This document shows, piece by piece, positions 13,750 through 27,378 of a stretch of 64,000 bases of DNA (positions are counted from its first letter, which is position 1; every line of letters starts with the position of its first letter). A model generated the notes under the pieces. The model was not told the DNA's origin and did not search any database. It worked only from the letters and a program-made list of their open reading frames with translations. Origin of the DNA: Macrostomum lignano (lineage: Eukaryota); NCBI GenBank assembly GCA_002269645.1, contig NIVC01001897.1, positions 113,979-177,978 on the forward strand, in the 5' to 3' direction. A program made the position numbers and the translations under genes.

Positions 13750-14110
13750 CTGATTCTGGATTGGGTCTGGGATTGGGGATCTGGGATCTGGGATCGGGGA
13801 TCGGGGATCGGGGATCTGGGATCGGGGATCGGGGATCTGGGATCTGGGATCGGGGATCTGGGATCGGGGATCTGGGATCGGGGATCGGGGATCGGGGATC
13901 GGGGATCTGGAATCTGGGATCGGGGATCTGGGATTTAGGATCTGGGATCTGGGATGGGGGATGGGGGATCTGGAATTTGGGATCCGGTTTCTGGGATTTA
14001 GGATCTGGGATCTAGGATCGGGGATCTGGGATCGGGGATCTGGGATCGGGGATCGGGGATCTGGGATCTAGGATCTGGGATATGGGATCAAGGATTAGGG
14101 ATCTGGAGTT
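13750..14110. repeat. (GGGATCGGGGATCT)n array
   Basis: Direct reading; reverse complement of the array at 24050-24450. Confidence 0.93.
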
Positions 14111-14589
14111 TGAATGAATGCATCTGAAAAATGACTGTCAGGCCAGAAGCAAACTCCCTTATGCATGCTTTATGCTTTAATTTTTTTTTCATTGTAGTTT
14201 TTCCATGTTTCTCAACTGCATAGAAAACAATGAAAAGAAAAAACAGTTGATAAGCTGCTGCTCTGGGTCTGTTTTCTGTTGTTTCTTTTGATTAAAGCAT
14301 AAAACAGCGCCGGCTTGGTTCACGTGTCTACTCTTTTGTTTCCCCGGGTCCACGTGGCGTGCGTGCCCTCTAGTCAGGCAGCCCCATCCTGTTTCACGCG
14401 TTCATTCGCCTAAATCTTGCTTTGATGGCAAATTACAAACCAAGTCTTGTCGTCTCTCTTCTGCTTTTACTTAGCGTTCATCCATGGCCCATGTTTGACT
14501 CAACTAAATGGAGTTGGAAGCTTTAACTACCTGAGTTCCCGCTGGTAAAATATAATTCCTAGGATTTTAGGAGTTCAAATACGATCTGA

Positions 14590-14790
14590 CAGATTCAATT
14601 GATTGATTGGTTTATTGGTGGGTTGATTAATGAACTGATCGATAGGTTGATCAATCGATAGACTGATTGTGTGAGCGACTGATTTCCCCCTTGATGGATG
14701 ATTGATTGATTGATTTATTTATTGTTTGAGTTATTGACTGATTGACTGACTGACTGATTGATTGACTGATTGATTCATTGATTGATTGAC

Positions 14791-14851
<61 letters not shown>

Positions 14852-14975
14852 CATTCATTCATTGACTGATTGATTCATTGATTTATTGACTGACTGACTG
14901 ATTAATTGACTGATTGATTGATTGATTGAGTGACTGATTAATTGACTAATTGATTGATTGATTGACTGATTAATT
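14590..14975. repeat. (GATT/GACT)n microsatellite
   Basis: Direct reading. Confidence 0.93.
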
Positions 14976-15529
14976 CGTGAACTTTGATTCCGCCACATAC
15001 AATAGTTTATCCCTGATAAATAATAGACACTTAACACTTGGGGATAAATTGGGGAGCGCAGGCCCAGAGCAAGGATGAAGGAAAAGAAACTGGGAGTTGA
15101 GTTTGCTGGTGAGAAATTTTTTTCGCAGCTTTTAAAACTGAATAGCTTTTAGCTTACTCTCTTAAATTCAGCTTCCGCTGATGCGATGAGGCGGGGATGG
15201 GATGAGCGGGGAAGGCTGCAAGTGAAAGCCCGATGGAAAGTGATGGCGCCCAAGTTCACAGATTCACTAGAGCTCTGTAGCACCTCTAGCACTGAGATGA
15301 AGGTCCATTAGGCCCCCTTTGATTTCACCCCGTCACCCGTGCAGGATTCAAGGCAACGCACAAATTGCAACTTTAATCTTTTAGCTGCACGCAGATGACC
15401 TGGGATGACACGCCTCAAACGTTCTTTGTTGCTGCATCAAGTCTAGAATATTATTGATCCCAAAATTTGATATTAATCCACGGGCCTATAAAAGTCTCTG
15501 TTTATAATGATCCCATATTTTGTCCTAAA

Positions 15530-15890
15530 AAATCCCTCTAATCCTCAAAGAATCCCGCTAATCCTTAAGTAATCCCTCTAATCCTCAAAGAATCCGGCTA
15601 ATCCTTAAGTAATCCTTCTAATCCTCAAATAATCCCTCTAATCCTCAAATAATCCCTCTAATCCTCAGATTAATCCCTCTAATCCTCAAAGAATACTGCT
15701 AATCCTTAAATAATCCCTCTAATCCTTAAGTAATCCCTCTAATCCTTAAGTAATCCCTCTAATCCTCAAATAATTCCTCTAATCCTCAAAGAATCCCGCT
15801 AATCCTCAGATAATCCCTCTAATCCTCAAGGAATCCCGCTAATCCTTAAATAATCCCTCTAATTCTCAAATAATCCCCAAATCTTAAAAT
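15530..15890. repeat. 20-bp minisatellite (AATCCCTCTAATCCTCAAAT)n
   Basis: Direct reading. Confidence 0.92.
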
Positions 15891-15981
15891 AATCCAATTT
15901 TTATTCCTATCCCCAATAAAATGATATTTCTTTTAATCAACTCCCACACCAAACCAAAGCACAAAGTCATTATCCACTCAC

Positions 15982-16863
15982 CTGGTCCCGCCGCATCCCA
16001 TGCTGGCCGTACATCGGGTTCATCGGCGACAAAGGCGGCGGAGGCGGCGGCGGCGGATACCGATGCTGCTGCTGCTGCTGCGATCTCAAAGTGCCCTCCA
16101 TCATGAACTCCATCTGATAGTCTGGAGGGTCCTTGTCGCCCAGACCGCCTACGATGTCGCCGCCTGCGCCTCCGTCTGGGTCGTCGCTGGAGCTGGAGCT
16201 GCCGCCGCTGGCCAGACAGCAAGGCTGCCGACGATTCAGCAGCACAATGGCCACCACCAGGATCACCGTGATGAAGCTGGATGCCACCACGATCACCAGC
16301 AGCACCGTCCAGTTGTTCGCCGAGCCAAACAAGCCGCCAAGCAGATGGTTGCCTCGGTCAGTTCGTTGACTAACCCGGATGCTGAACTCCACCCAGCTGG
16401 TCAGCGGCTTCGGGTAGCCGCGGTCGGTGACGCTGAGGTTCAGCCGGTGCAGGCCCTGGGTCAGCGGGTTCGCCACCATCAGCTGGCCAGTGCTGGAGTT
16501 CACGCTGAACAGGGCGGCCGCCTGGCGCTCCAGCCGCAGCTGCAGGCCGCCGGAGCGCAGACAGTCGAGCGAAGATCGACGCTCGCACTCGGCATCCGCG
16601 TCGGTGACGTTGACCTCGGCGAAGCTGACCCCAGGCGGGCTGTCCTCGGTAAGGTTCAGCTGCTGATGCGGCCTTGGCGACCAGATCCTAGGCGGATTGT
16701 CGTTCAGATCTTGCAGGCGCACGACCGCCGTGGCTGTTGAGGAGAGCGCCGGGGTGCCGTGGTCGGTGAGGCGGACAACCAGCAGGTGTCGCTGAGAAGC
16801 CTCCCGGTCAAGGATGCCGCTTGCGGTCACGTGACCGTCAGGGGAGACGCTGAAGCGAAGCTC
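15982..16863 (-). CDS. PCDH: Protocadherin exon 7 (end of EC6, EC7, TM helix, juxtamembrane tail)
   Basis: caaccctgcag|GAG acceptor and CAG|gtgagt donor; 882 nt, phase 0/0; LDRE, TDHGTP, DLNDNPP; TM WTVLLVIVVASSFITVILVVAIVLL followed by NRRQPCC. Confidence 0.95.
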
Positions 16864-16879
16864 CTGCAGGGTTGATGAG

Positions 16880-17275
16880 GTAGATAGATCTCAGATAGGC
16901 ATGCTATAGATCTCAGATAGACATGCTATAGATCTCAGATAGATATGCTATAGATCTCAGATAGATAAGCTATAGATCTCAGATAAATATGCGATAGATC
17001 TCAGATAGACATGCTATAGATCTCAGATAAATATGCGATAGATATCAGATAGACATTCGATAGATCTCACATAGACATACGATAGATCTCAGATAGACAT
17101 ACGATAGATCTCACATAGACATACGATAGATCTCAGATAGACATACGATAGATCTCAGATAGACATACGATAGATCTCAGATAGACATACGATAGATCTC
17201 AGATAGACATACGATAGATCTCAGATAGACATACGATAGATCTCAGATAGACATACGATAGATCTCAGATAGGTC
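16880..17275. repeat. 22-bp minisatellite (AGACATACGATAGATCTCAGAT)n filling intron 6
   Basis: Direct reading. Confidence 0.93.
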
Positions 17276-17291
17276 TATCGAGTCTACAAAC

Positions 17292-17711
17292 CTGCGCCGA
17301 CCGCAGCGTGTGCACCAGGCTGAAGCTGGCTCGAGAGTTGACGCTGTCAGACTCGTCAGCGTCGCTATAAGTCAGCTGGCCAATAAACTTGTCGTTAACT
17401 CGGTCGCCGCCAAACGACTCATTGACCGACATGCTGGCCGATGCCTCCTCTAACAGCGGCGGGTTGTCGTTGACGTCAATGACACGGATGTTCACCCTGG
17501 CCGTGGCCGAGTATTTGCCGTCGAACGCTTGAATAGTGATGACGTAAATTGGCCGGCCGGAAAGCGCCAACACGGGGTCTTCGCGATCCAAGCGACGCTT
17601 AGTGACAATCAGACCAGTGCTGGAATTGATGGAGAAACAGCCGAGCGCCGTGCCCTCGTCAGAGATGCTGTACTCGATCTCAGCGGTGGCGTCGCGATCG
17701 GTGGCCGTCAT
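17292..17711 (-). CDS. PCDH: Protocadherin exon 6 (EC5 to start of EC6)
   Basis: caacctcgcag|ATG acceptor and CAG|gtttgt donor; 420 nt; MTATDRD, LDRE, DVNDNPP. Confidence 0.92.
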
Positions 17712-17819
17712 CTGCGAGGTTGGGGATTTCAATTGTTCACCCTGTGGCACAGGAAATAGATAGAAAATGTCTAAGACCAGTACTTATGCATTTACTGTTC
17801 TCTGCAACTATTATATCTA

Positions 17820-18403
17820 TAGACAAACAACTACAGATCTACAGGCACTCATGGATTTACACTCAGAGATCTATACTGATAGATCTACAGACACTCATAG
17901 ATTTACAGACACTCATAGATCTACAGACACTCATAGATCTACAGAAACTTAGACATCTACAGACACTCAGATCTACAGACGCTCAGATCTACAGACACTC
18001 AGATCTACAGACACTCAGATCTACAGACACCCAGATCTACAAACACTCAGATCTACAGACTCTTAGCTCTTTAGATTCTATTTTCTATAAAACTAGCTTG
18101 CTTTGTAATCCTTTGTCATACTCAGATCTACAGACACCCAGATCTACAGACACCCAGATCTACAGACACTCAGATCTACAGACACTCAGATCTACAGACA
18201 CCCAGATCTACAGACACCCAGATCTACAGACACTTAGACATCTACAGACACTCAGATCTACTCGTATAGACATTCATAGATCTACAGACACTCACAGATC
18301 TACAGACACTCACAGATCTATAGACACTCACAGATCTACAGACACTCACAGATCTATAGACACTCACAGATCTATAGACACTCACAGATCTACAGACACT
18401 CAC
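17820..18403. repeat. 16/18-bp minisatellite (AGATCTACAGACACTC[AC])n in intron 5
   Basis: Direct reading; the first unit on the minus strand forms the 5' splice site. Confidence 0.93.
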
Positions 18404-18979
18404 CTTTCCCACGCGCTCCCCTGCGCTGCGATTCTCCGCCACCCGGAAGTTGTACACAACAGTGTCGTTAAACACAGGCGGGAATTCATTCACATCCACG
18501 ATGGACACAGTGAGAGTCAGGCTTGAGGTTCTAGCAGGTTCACCGTGATCCCAGCAGATGATGCCAACAGTGTCGCTGGCTTGAACCTCGCGATCGTACA
18601 CCAGCCCGGGCTTGGTGGACACGGATAACTGCTGGAACCTGGCGTCTTTGGAGATTGGCTGCAGTTGAAATCGGTTCGCAGATTCCGAGTCCACTGCGCA
18701 AGCCACGCGGCCAAACTCGCCGAGATCAGAGTCGATGGCGCTGATAGAAGCGAAGTTCGAGTTGTCCTGACCTTCGATCAGACGCGCCTGGCCCGAGCTG
18801 ATCACCGAGATTAGCGGACTGTGATCGTTCACGTCAACTAGACGGATTCGAACCCGGGCAGTGTCTTCCATGCGCAACGGGCTGCCGAAGTCCCTGGCTC
18901 GAACTCTCAGACTGATCTCGGGGTTGAGGGCCGCGTTTATTGGGGCAGTCTGGTAGACTGTGCCGTTATTTGGATCCAC
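18404..18979 (-). CDS. PCDH: Protocadherin exon 5 (EC3 to start of EC5)
   Basis: taccggcag|GTG acceptor and AAG|gtgagt donor; 576 nt; DVNDHSP, YDRE, DHGEP, DVNEFPP. Confidence 0.95.
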
Positions 18980-19660
18980 CTGCCGGTAGATATGGAGTAG
19001 ATTGCCGGTAGATATGGGGTAGATTGCCGGTAGATTTGGAATAAATTGTCGATAGATATGGAATAGATTGCCGGTAGATATGGGATAGATTGCCGGTAGA
19101 TATGGAATAGATTGCCAGTAGATATGGAATAGATTGCCGGTAGATATGGAATAGATTGCCGGTAGATATGGGATAGATTGCCGGTAGATATGGAATAGAT
19201 TGCCGGTAGATATGGAATAGATTGCCGGTAGATATGGGATAGATTTCCGGTAGATATGGGATAGATTGCCGGTAGATATGGGATAGATTTCCGGTAGATA
19301 TGGGATAGATTTCCGGTAGATATGGGATAGATTGCCGGTAGATATGGGATAGATTGCCGGTAGATATGGGATAGATTGCCGATAGATATGGGATAGATTG
19401 CCGGTAGATTTGGGATAGATTGCCTGTAGATATAGGATAGATTGTCTATAGATATGGGATAGATTGCCTATAGATATGGGATAGATTGCCGATAGGTATG
19501 GGATAGATATGGAATAGATTGCCGATAGATATAGGATAGATTGCCTATAGATATGTAATAGATTGCCTATAGATATGGGATCGATTGCTGGTAGATATGT
19601 GATAGATTGCCGGTAGATATGGGATAGTTTGTCGATAGATATGGGATAGATTGCCGGTAG
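18980..19660. repeat. 22-bp minisatellite (GATATGGGATAGATTGCCGGTA)n in intron 4
   Basis: Direct reading. Confidence 0.93.
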
Positions 19661-19867
19661 CCATGCAAAAAGATTTTCGTTAGATATCGGTCGTTAGCAG
19701 ACTATAGATCTCCGATACAAATTGTAGATCTCAAATAGATATACTATAGATCTCCAATAGACAGTATAGATGTCGAATAGATACATTTTATATCTCCCAA
19801 AAGACATACTATAAATCTCCGATAGATATGCAATAGATCTCCCATAGATTTGTCATCCCGTGCTCAC

Positions 19868-20077
19868 CGCAAACCAGTCGCTGCCCTGGCCGCTGAGCAG
19901 GCTAAACTCAATCCTGCCATTGTCTCCGCTATCCCGGTCGCTGGCCTCCAGCTGCCCGACGGCCAGCCTAGCTTGGCCGGACTTCTCAAACGCATCCTCA
20001 GGCAGATCTGGGAGGCGAAACTCCGGCTGAGAGAAGCGCGGCTCATTGTCGTTCGCGTCTATGACGACGATTCGGAC
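19868..20077 (-). CDS. PCDH: Protocadherin exon 4 (end of EC2, start of EC3); not represented in the ORF track
   Basis: Manual translation: VRIVVIDANDNEPRFSQPEFRLPDLPEDAFEKSGQARLAVGQLEASDRDSGDNGRIEFSLLSGQGSDWFA; catatcag|GTC acceptor and GCG|gtgagc donor; 210 nt, phase 0/0. Confidence 0.93.
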
Positions 20078-20149
20078 CTGATATGGTGGATATACTCATA
20101 CTGATGTGCTTCATATTCCCATATCTTCATCTTCTAGTCCCATTCCTAA

Positions 20150-20345
20150 ATGCCCTAGTCATTCCTAAATCTTCTAATCCCATTTCTAAATCCCCTAATC
20201 CCATTTCTAAATCTCCTAATCCCATTTCTAAATCCCCTAATCCCATTTCTAAATCCCCGAATCCCATATCCAAATCCTCTAATCCCATATCGAAATCCTC
20301 TAATCACATATCGAAATCCCCTAATCCAATGTCTAAATCCCCAAT
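20150..20345. repeat. 21-bp degenerate minisatellite (AAATCCCCTAATCCCATTTCT)n in intron 3
   Basis: Direct reading. Confidence 0.85.
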
Positions 20346-20477
20346 TAATCTGATTTCAGAATCCATAGATCAAATTTATAAATTTCTTTATTGCTTAACA
20401 CCATTTTTAAATCGCTATAATCCATATTTAAAACACTCGATATTTAAACACAAATTAAATCCCAGATAAAAACTTAC

Positions 20478-20723
20478 CTGTATCCTCGAGCATGACCTAG
20501 CAACAGGGCCCAAGTCGCAGGCCTCCAGAGTGATATTGAAACCTTGCACCTGTTCATAGTCAAGAGCGGGATTCACTCTGAGCTTTGGCTTCTCGCTGTC
20601 CGGGTTCTCCACCGTGTCACTACGAGTCACCGGGGCGTCGTGACCCACGATTCGAGTCATCGTCTGGCCATTCTTGCCGGCGTCCAGGTCGGTCACGGAT
20701 GGCAGGTAGAGCAACAGATTGCT
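20478..20723 (-). CDS. PCDH: Protocadherin exon 3 (EC2); alternative in-frame acceptor at 20744 adds VSTRPPQ
   Basis: gtcccccgcag|AGC acceptor and CAG|gtaagt donor; LPSVTDLDAGKNG, LDYE, ACDLGP. Confidence 0.88.
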
Positions 20724-20744
20724 CTGCGGGGGACGCGTTGACAC

Positions 20745-21835
20745 CTGTCTGACACACCTGTTCTACCTGTCTGACACACCTGTTCTACCTGTCTGACACA
20801 CCTGTTCTACCTGTCTGGCACACCTGTTCTACCTGTTTGACACACCTGTTCTACCTGTCTGACACACCTGTTTTACCTGTCTGACGCACCTGTTCGACCT
20901 GTTTGACACACCTGTTCTACCTGTCTGACACACCTGTTTTACCTGTCTGACACACCTGTTCTACCTGTTTGACACACCTGTTCTAACTGTTTGACACACC
21001 TGTTTTACCTGTCTGACACACCTGTTTTACCTGTCTGACACACCTGTTTTACCTGTCTGACACACCTGTTCTACCTGTCTAACACACCTGTTCTACCTGT
21101 CTGACACACCTGTTCTACCTGTCTGACACACCTGTTCTACCTGTCTGACGCACCTGTTCTACCTGTCTGGCACACCTGTTCTACCTGTTTGACACACCTG
21201 TTCTACCTGTCTGACACACCTGTTTTACCTGTCTGACACACCTGTTTTACCTGTCTGACACACCTGTTCTACCTGTCTGGCACACCTGTTCTACCTGTCT
21301 GACACACCTGTTCTACCTGTCTGGCACACCTGTTCTACCTGTCTGGCACACCTGTTCTACCTGTCTGACACACCTGTTCTACCTGTCTGACACACCTGTT
21401 CTACCTGTCTGACACACCTGTTTTACCTGTCTGACACACCTGTTTTACCTGTCTGACACACCTGTTCTACCTGTCTGACACACCTGTTCTACCTGTATGA
21501 CACACCTGTTTTACCTGTCTGACACACCTGTTCTACCTGTCTGGCACACCTGTTCTACCTGTCTGACACACCTGTTCTACCTGTCTGGCACACCTGTTCT
21601 ACCTGTCTGGCACACCTGTTCTACCTGTCTGACACACCTGTTCTACCTGTTTGACACACCTGTTCTACCTGTCTGACACACCTGTTTTACCTGTCTGACA
21701 CACCTGTTCTACCTGTCTGACACACCTGTTCTACCTGTCTGACACACCTGTTCTACCTGTATGACACACCTGTTTTACCTGTCTTAAAACACCTGTTTTA
21801 CCTGTCTGACACACCTGTTTTACCTGTATAGCACA
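20745..21835. repeat. 22-bp minisatellite (CACCTGTTCTACCTGTCTGACA)n, about 49 units, filling intron 2
   Basis: Direct reading. Confidence 0.97.
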
Positions 21836-21873
21836 CCCGGTTACACACCGGTTCTAAGCTGGCTGACACTTAC

Positions 21874-22119
21874 CAAGCCCTCCATTGCCTGCAACTCGCG
21901 GTTCTCGCGGCCAAAAACGGGCGAGTTGTCATTATAGTCTTTGATGTCCAGCGTGGCCAGCTGAATGTATGGATTCGATCGCTGCTGCTTCCGAAGCAGC
22001 ACGCTGAACTCCTTGGAACAAATTTCTTGCTTATAGCAGCGCAGGCTCGGGTCCTCGCGATCGATGCGCTGGGCCACTTGAATTGAACCATTTAAGCCCA
22101 CTTTGAGTAGGTTCCAGAC
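21874..22119 (-). CDS. PCDH: Protocadherin exon 2 (second half of EC1, start of EC2)
   Basis: ccccaatctcaag|GTC acceptor and TTG|gtaagt donor; 246 nt; [28 protein letters not shown]. Confidence 0.93.
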
Positions 22120-22134
22120 CTTGAGATTGGGGTG

Positions 22135-22372
<238 letters not shown>

Positions 22373-22377
22373 CTCAC

Positions 22378-22650
22378 CTGTTTGCCATCCAGCCTGTCAG
22401 GCACCCCTGGTGGTGGCTGCAGCAGCCAGATGTCGCCGGGCTCCTCCCGCAGGCTGCTGTCGCCTATGCAACTGTACAGGCTGGGCCCGCCGATGGCGGC
22501 ATTCACTGGCGCCTGGCCCTCCACAACGGAGAATCGGCAGGCTTTAGGTCCGACGATGTTGGCTGCCGATGCCGGCGAAGTCAGGCCGCACCATCGAGGC
22601 GGCAGGAGCAGCAAAAGTTCAAGCAGAAGCAGATTCTGTTGCTGCCGCAT
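22378..22650 (-). CDS. PCDH: Protocadherin first coding exon (signal peptide, start of EC1)
   Basis: ATG at 22650, Leu-rich signal peptide MRQQQNLLLLELLLLLPP..., FSVVEG motif; CAG|gtgagt donor; an upstream acceptor tatttctcgcag ends at 22663. Confidence 0.88.
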
Positions 22651-22764
22651 GCTGTTGGCGCTCTGCGAGAAATATTTTGGTATGTTTCACAGTGGTGAGA
22701 TAGTGTGTGCTCTTTAGTTTAAAAGTTCTTTGTCGACATTAAAATAGCTGCCTGTGCCTACCGC

Positions 22765-23150
22765 ACAGACACATCATTGTCTACCACACAGATGCATCAT
22801 TGTCTAGCACAGACGAATCATTGTCTACCACAGACACATCATTGTCTACCACAGACACATCATTGTCTACCACAGAGATATGATTGTATACTGCAGACAC
22901 ATCATTGTCTACCACAGACACATCATTGTCTACCACAGAGATACGATTGTCTACTGCAGACACATCATTGTCTATCACAGAGATGATTGTCTACTGCAGA
23001 CACATCATTGTCTACCACAGACACATCATTGTCTACCGCAGACAAATCATTGTCTACCACAGAGATATCATTGTCTACTGCACACACATCATTGTCTACC
23101 ACAGACACACCATTGTCTACCGCTGACACATCACTTTCTACCGAAACCTA
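22765..23150. repeat. 21-bp minisatellite (CACATCATTGTCTACCACAGA)n
   Basis: Direct reading. Confidence 0.92.
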
Positions 23151-24049
23151 TCTACTGACACTGTCTACTATAAAAAAACTGCTTTCTATGGCAAAACCCT
23201 TCGGAAGTCTGTACAGTCACAATTGTTCACACCACAAGGCATAGCTATTTAGCCTTCAGCGATGACACATTTTTAATTAAACACAGCCAACACTTTGACA
23301 TTGAATCTTTTTAACTTTGATGCCATTGACTGGGATACTGACTCCATTTCTAATATCATTAAAGTTGAGATTGATATATTTTCAAAAGAATATATAAAAG
23401 TTTGTGCTGAACCCAGCTGACCTCAACCTACCCGTTTCAAACACAGACGGTGCCAATAATTCCAAAGTGAACAATTTAATATTTTTTCTACTAATTTTAC
23501 AGCCTCGCCTTAATTAAGTACTATTATACTTTAAGCCACTTTCGGGCTGTGTTGACACTGCAGTAGACTATGCGCTCAGCTTAGTAATACACTTTTCCCC
23601 CCAATATTCGCTGTCATCCCCCCACCGCCCGCCAGCCCTAAGTGTGCGGCTGGCAATAAACTGCAGCTCAATGCAATTTAAAGCCGCTCTGCTCCAAGAA
23701 TTTGCTAGGGCTATTAATTTTATATCTGCATGGTCTGGCCTATTCATGTCTCTTTATCCCCACCCCAACTCTATCCTAGGCTATTAGCTCGTCCCTCGAC
23801 TCACGGATATATTGAGTCTGTCTGGCAGAGTTGGCGCCACAACTATAGAAAGCAAGGTCCGAACTTATTCCTAGAAGAAAGGCGCTTGTTTTGTAAGACT
23901 TAAACCATTGTAGTCATTGGAGCTTTATTAAACTGTTTAACATTCAGCCCATTATAGAGGTTTCATATTCAGCCCATTATAGAGGTTTCATATTCAACCC
24001 CCTATTATGGATGTAGACATAATGTGATTAGTCAGGAAGAAAGCAAAAA

Positions 24050-24450
24050 ACATCCCAGATCCCCGATCCCCGATCCCCGATCCCAGATCCCCGATCCCTG
24101 ATCTCAGATCCCCGATCCCAGATCCCAGATCCCCGATCCCAGATCCCAGAACCCCGATCCCTGATCCCCGATCCCCGATCCCAGATCCCTGATCCCTGAT
24201 CCCAGATCCCAGATCCCCGATCCCTGATCTCAGATCCCCGATCCCAGATCCCCGATCCCAGATCCCAGATCCCAGAACCCCGATCCCTGATCCCAGATCC
24301 CCGATCCCCGATCCCCGATCCCAGATCCCCGATCCCTGATCTCAGATCCCCGATCCCAGATCCCAGATCCCAGAACCCCGATCCTAGATCCCAGATCCCA
24401 GATCCCCGATCTCTGATCCCAAATCCCGATCCGAGCTCCAATATCGCAAA
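24050..24450. repeat. (CCCAGATCCCCGAT)n array
   Basis: Direct reading. Confidence 0.93.
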
Positions 24451-26489
24451 TCCCCAAAGAAAGATGGACCAATTGAAGCAAAGTTGATTCAAATTCGATC
24501 AATGAATGTAAAGGAAACCATTTTTCTTAAAATGATTTTGTTCCAATTTAAGAATACGTTTGTCTATTGTCAACTAGGTGACTGACTGACTGATGAAGTC
24601 CGACAAGTGAACAATGACACAGATTTACAGAATACGGCTTCAATGAATCCCTGAACATACGTTATGCCGTCTGTTTAAGCAGAAAAAAGTAACTCGGATT
24701 TTTTTCTTTAAAAAGTGGAAGAAACCTTCATTCCCCTTCATAGAAGCAGCTGCTGCTGCTTCTGAAAGAAGAAATACTTTCTTCTCTGGACCTCACGGTC
24801 TTCTTGAAGCTTCAGATCTAAACTGCAGCGCGTCGGTTACCCTTAAGACCCCTAAGCCCTGACCCACCCCCCGCTAGAACACGTCCGCTTAGATAATCAT
24901 TACCAATGCTGATGATCCCTATGTAAGGTACAGCTGAGCGTCAAGAACAAACAAGGAAGGGCCTTCGAAAACAGCTGCAATCCCGAAAATTTCCCAAAAT
25001 CATCCATTCAAAGTCTGTACGGTTGTTCCAGTTTCCGAACAAAAAATGTTGGTCAGACATTTTTCTGCATCTTTTCTGCGGAGTTTTTTCAGGAGACCAG
25101 AATCCCTATGTACTATGTTAAGTCGCACAATGGACCATTTACATATCCCCAATATGTTGAAGATTTAAGAGAAATATTCTTCAATCAGGCTTCTGGAGTC
25201 GTCAAGGATACTAAAATTCTCTCAAGTGGCTTCAATACCTGTTGCATCAAATGACTGACGCCTATAGCTGGACTGTACTTTCCTCAGCTCCTGTGTTATA
25301 GCTTCCAATTTCTCTTCTCTTTCGGAGCAGAAATCCACCAAATTTCCTGCGAACGAATGAATGAATGGTCCGTCATTATGGTTTCTTTTTATTCATCAAA
25401 AGGAGACGACGCGAAAAAGCAGATTCTGCAACAGCTGGGCCAGATCTTTCGTGCAGGGCACGGCGGGACTGCCTGCTGTCCTTGTCAGGCTTAGATTTCA
25501 ATTCTTTGCATCTTTCTTTCGGGTTTTGCTTCTTCTGTAGCGCGCGATACCTCTCATGCACTCTGCATAGCAACCGGGAAAGCCATCGTGTCTTACATCC
25601 ATCAGTGGCCTGGCTAAAAAATCTATAGATATTTTATGCCTGTCAGTCAAGCATTTGAAGTTCAATTGTACTTAAATTAACGCTTGATATTAAGTGGCAG
25701 AGCAGCTGCTGGCTGAGTCAGCGGAACGGACAGATTCACCACTGGTTACAGACAGATGTCGCCTCTTTTTCTTTAATGCTTAGCTATGTAGGATGAACTG
25801 ATGATTTCATATTGCATATCTGTGTTGCAACTAGAACTCTGCAACTGCCGGTATAAGGGCCCAAGGTTCAGGTTTACCTGAAAAAACACGGCCTTAAAAA
25901 AAATGAAGAGAGAAGACAGTCGCAACATTATGAGCTAGACAAGAGAGTTAGACACTGCAGTTGAGTATATTTTCAACTGAAGGCCAAGATAGAGGATATA
26001 AATTGGTTTTTCATCGGAAAGGCGGGGGACAGGAGGACAGGAGATGACAAGAGGGGGGGGCAGAAAGTGTAGAAGGCGGCGGCGGACTCAAAGAAACGAG
26101 GGGGCTTGGGGGCTAGAAATCTGCTCCTTCTAGCAGCAGATTGATTCCACAGTTTTCCAGCGCTGGAGGCCATTAAAATCGATAATCAGAGCGGCTAGAA
26201 ATTCGATCAGATTTCGCGAGAATATTTCTTGAGTTGCGTTGCTAGGGTTGGCAGGGGGGGGGGGCATTGGCGATCCTGGTTGAAGAAGGCCTGCCTGTCA
26301 GGGAAAATCGAGTGTGCGGAACAAGCAAGGGATCCATTCGAAAGTGAAATTTGCGTGTGCATGTGCGTGTGTGTCCAAGTGGCTAAGACGCCAGATTTTA
26401 GAGACTTGGGATAGGGAGAAACTGAGGATTATGAGCAGAGGAACAAATAGAGAATATGATAGATGAATAGGAGAAAATTACGGACAAAA

Positions 26490-26740
26490 AATGAGACACT
26501 AGATGAGAATAGCTGAGATACTAGAGAGGAGAATATATGAGATACTAGATGGGAGAATAGATAAGAAACTAGATGGGAGAATAGATGAGATACTAGACGG
26601 GAGAATAGATGATATACTAGATGGGAGAATAGATGAGATACTAGATGGGAGAATAGATGAGATACCAGAGGGGAGAATAGATAAGATACGCTCGTACTAG
26701 ATAGGAGAATAGATGAGATACTAGAGGGGAGAATAGACAC
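26490..26740. repeat. 24-bp minisatellite (GATGAGATACTAGATGGGAGAATA)n
   Basis: Direct reading. Confidence 0.9.
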
Positions 26741-27129
26741 TAAAATTCAAACCATATTAGATGCACAACAAGGAGAATAGATAAAGGATAAAAACAAGAA
26801 TAGATAAGAAACCGCGCGCTTCGATACAGGACAAGACGGGAGGCGTGAACCAGTGCAAAAAGAAGATAGACAAGTACATACACAGCAGCAATGTCGCTAG
26901 CTGCTTGGCCGCAATGCAATCGACAGTATAAAAAAAGTCTAAGCGACCAAATAAGATTAATTATCGAAATACCCAGTTAGCTTGGGCTGGTGTTGAGAAG
27001 ACATTCGGAGCTGGGCAGATGAGAGGTGGAAGAACGGATAGAGTGGCAACTGGAATTTCGTGGATGTGCCAAGGAGCTCATTGTATAGAGTTTGGCGTGC
27101 AAAGTTGCTAACAAAGCGAAATTGGCGGA

Positions 27130-27313
27130 GAAGAGAGGAGAAAAGAGGAGAGGGAGTGACGGGGAGAGGGAGTGAGACAAGAGAGGGAGTGAGAGGGATA
27201 GGGAGTAAGTGGGGAGAGGGAGTGAGAGGGGAGAGGAGAGAGGGAGAGTGAGGGGGAGAGGGAAGGAGGGAGAGAGGAGAGGGAGAGTGAGAGGGTGAGA
27301 CAAAAGAGGGAGA

Positions 27314-27378
<65 letters not shown>

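Noticed and set aside
16000-16740. 246-aa + strand ORF and other short ORFs overlapping protocadherin or PPP1R3 exons
   Set aside because: Antisense or out-of-frame shadows of GC-rich real coding sequence.
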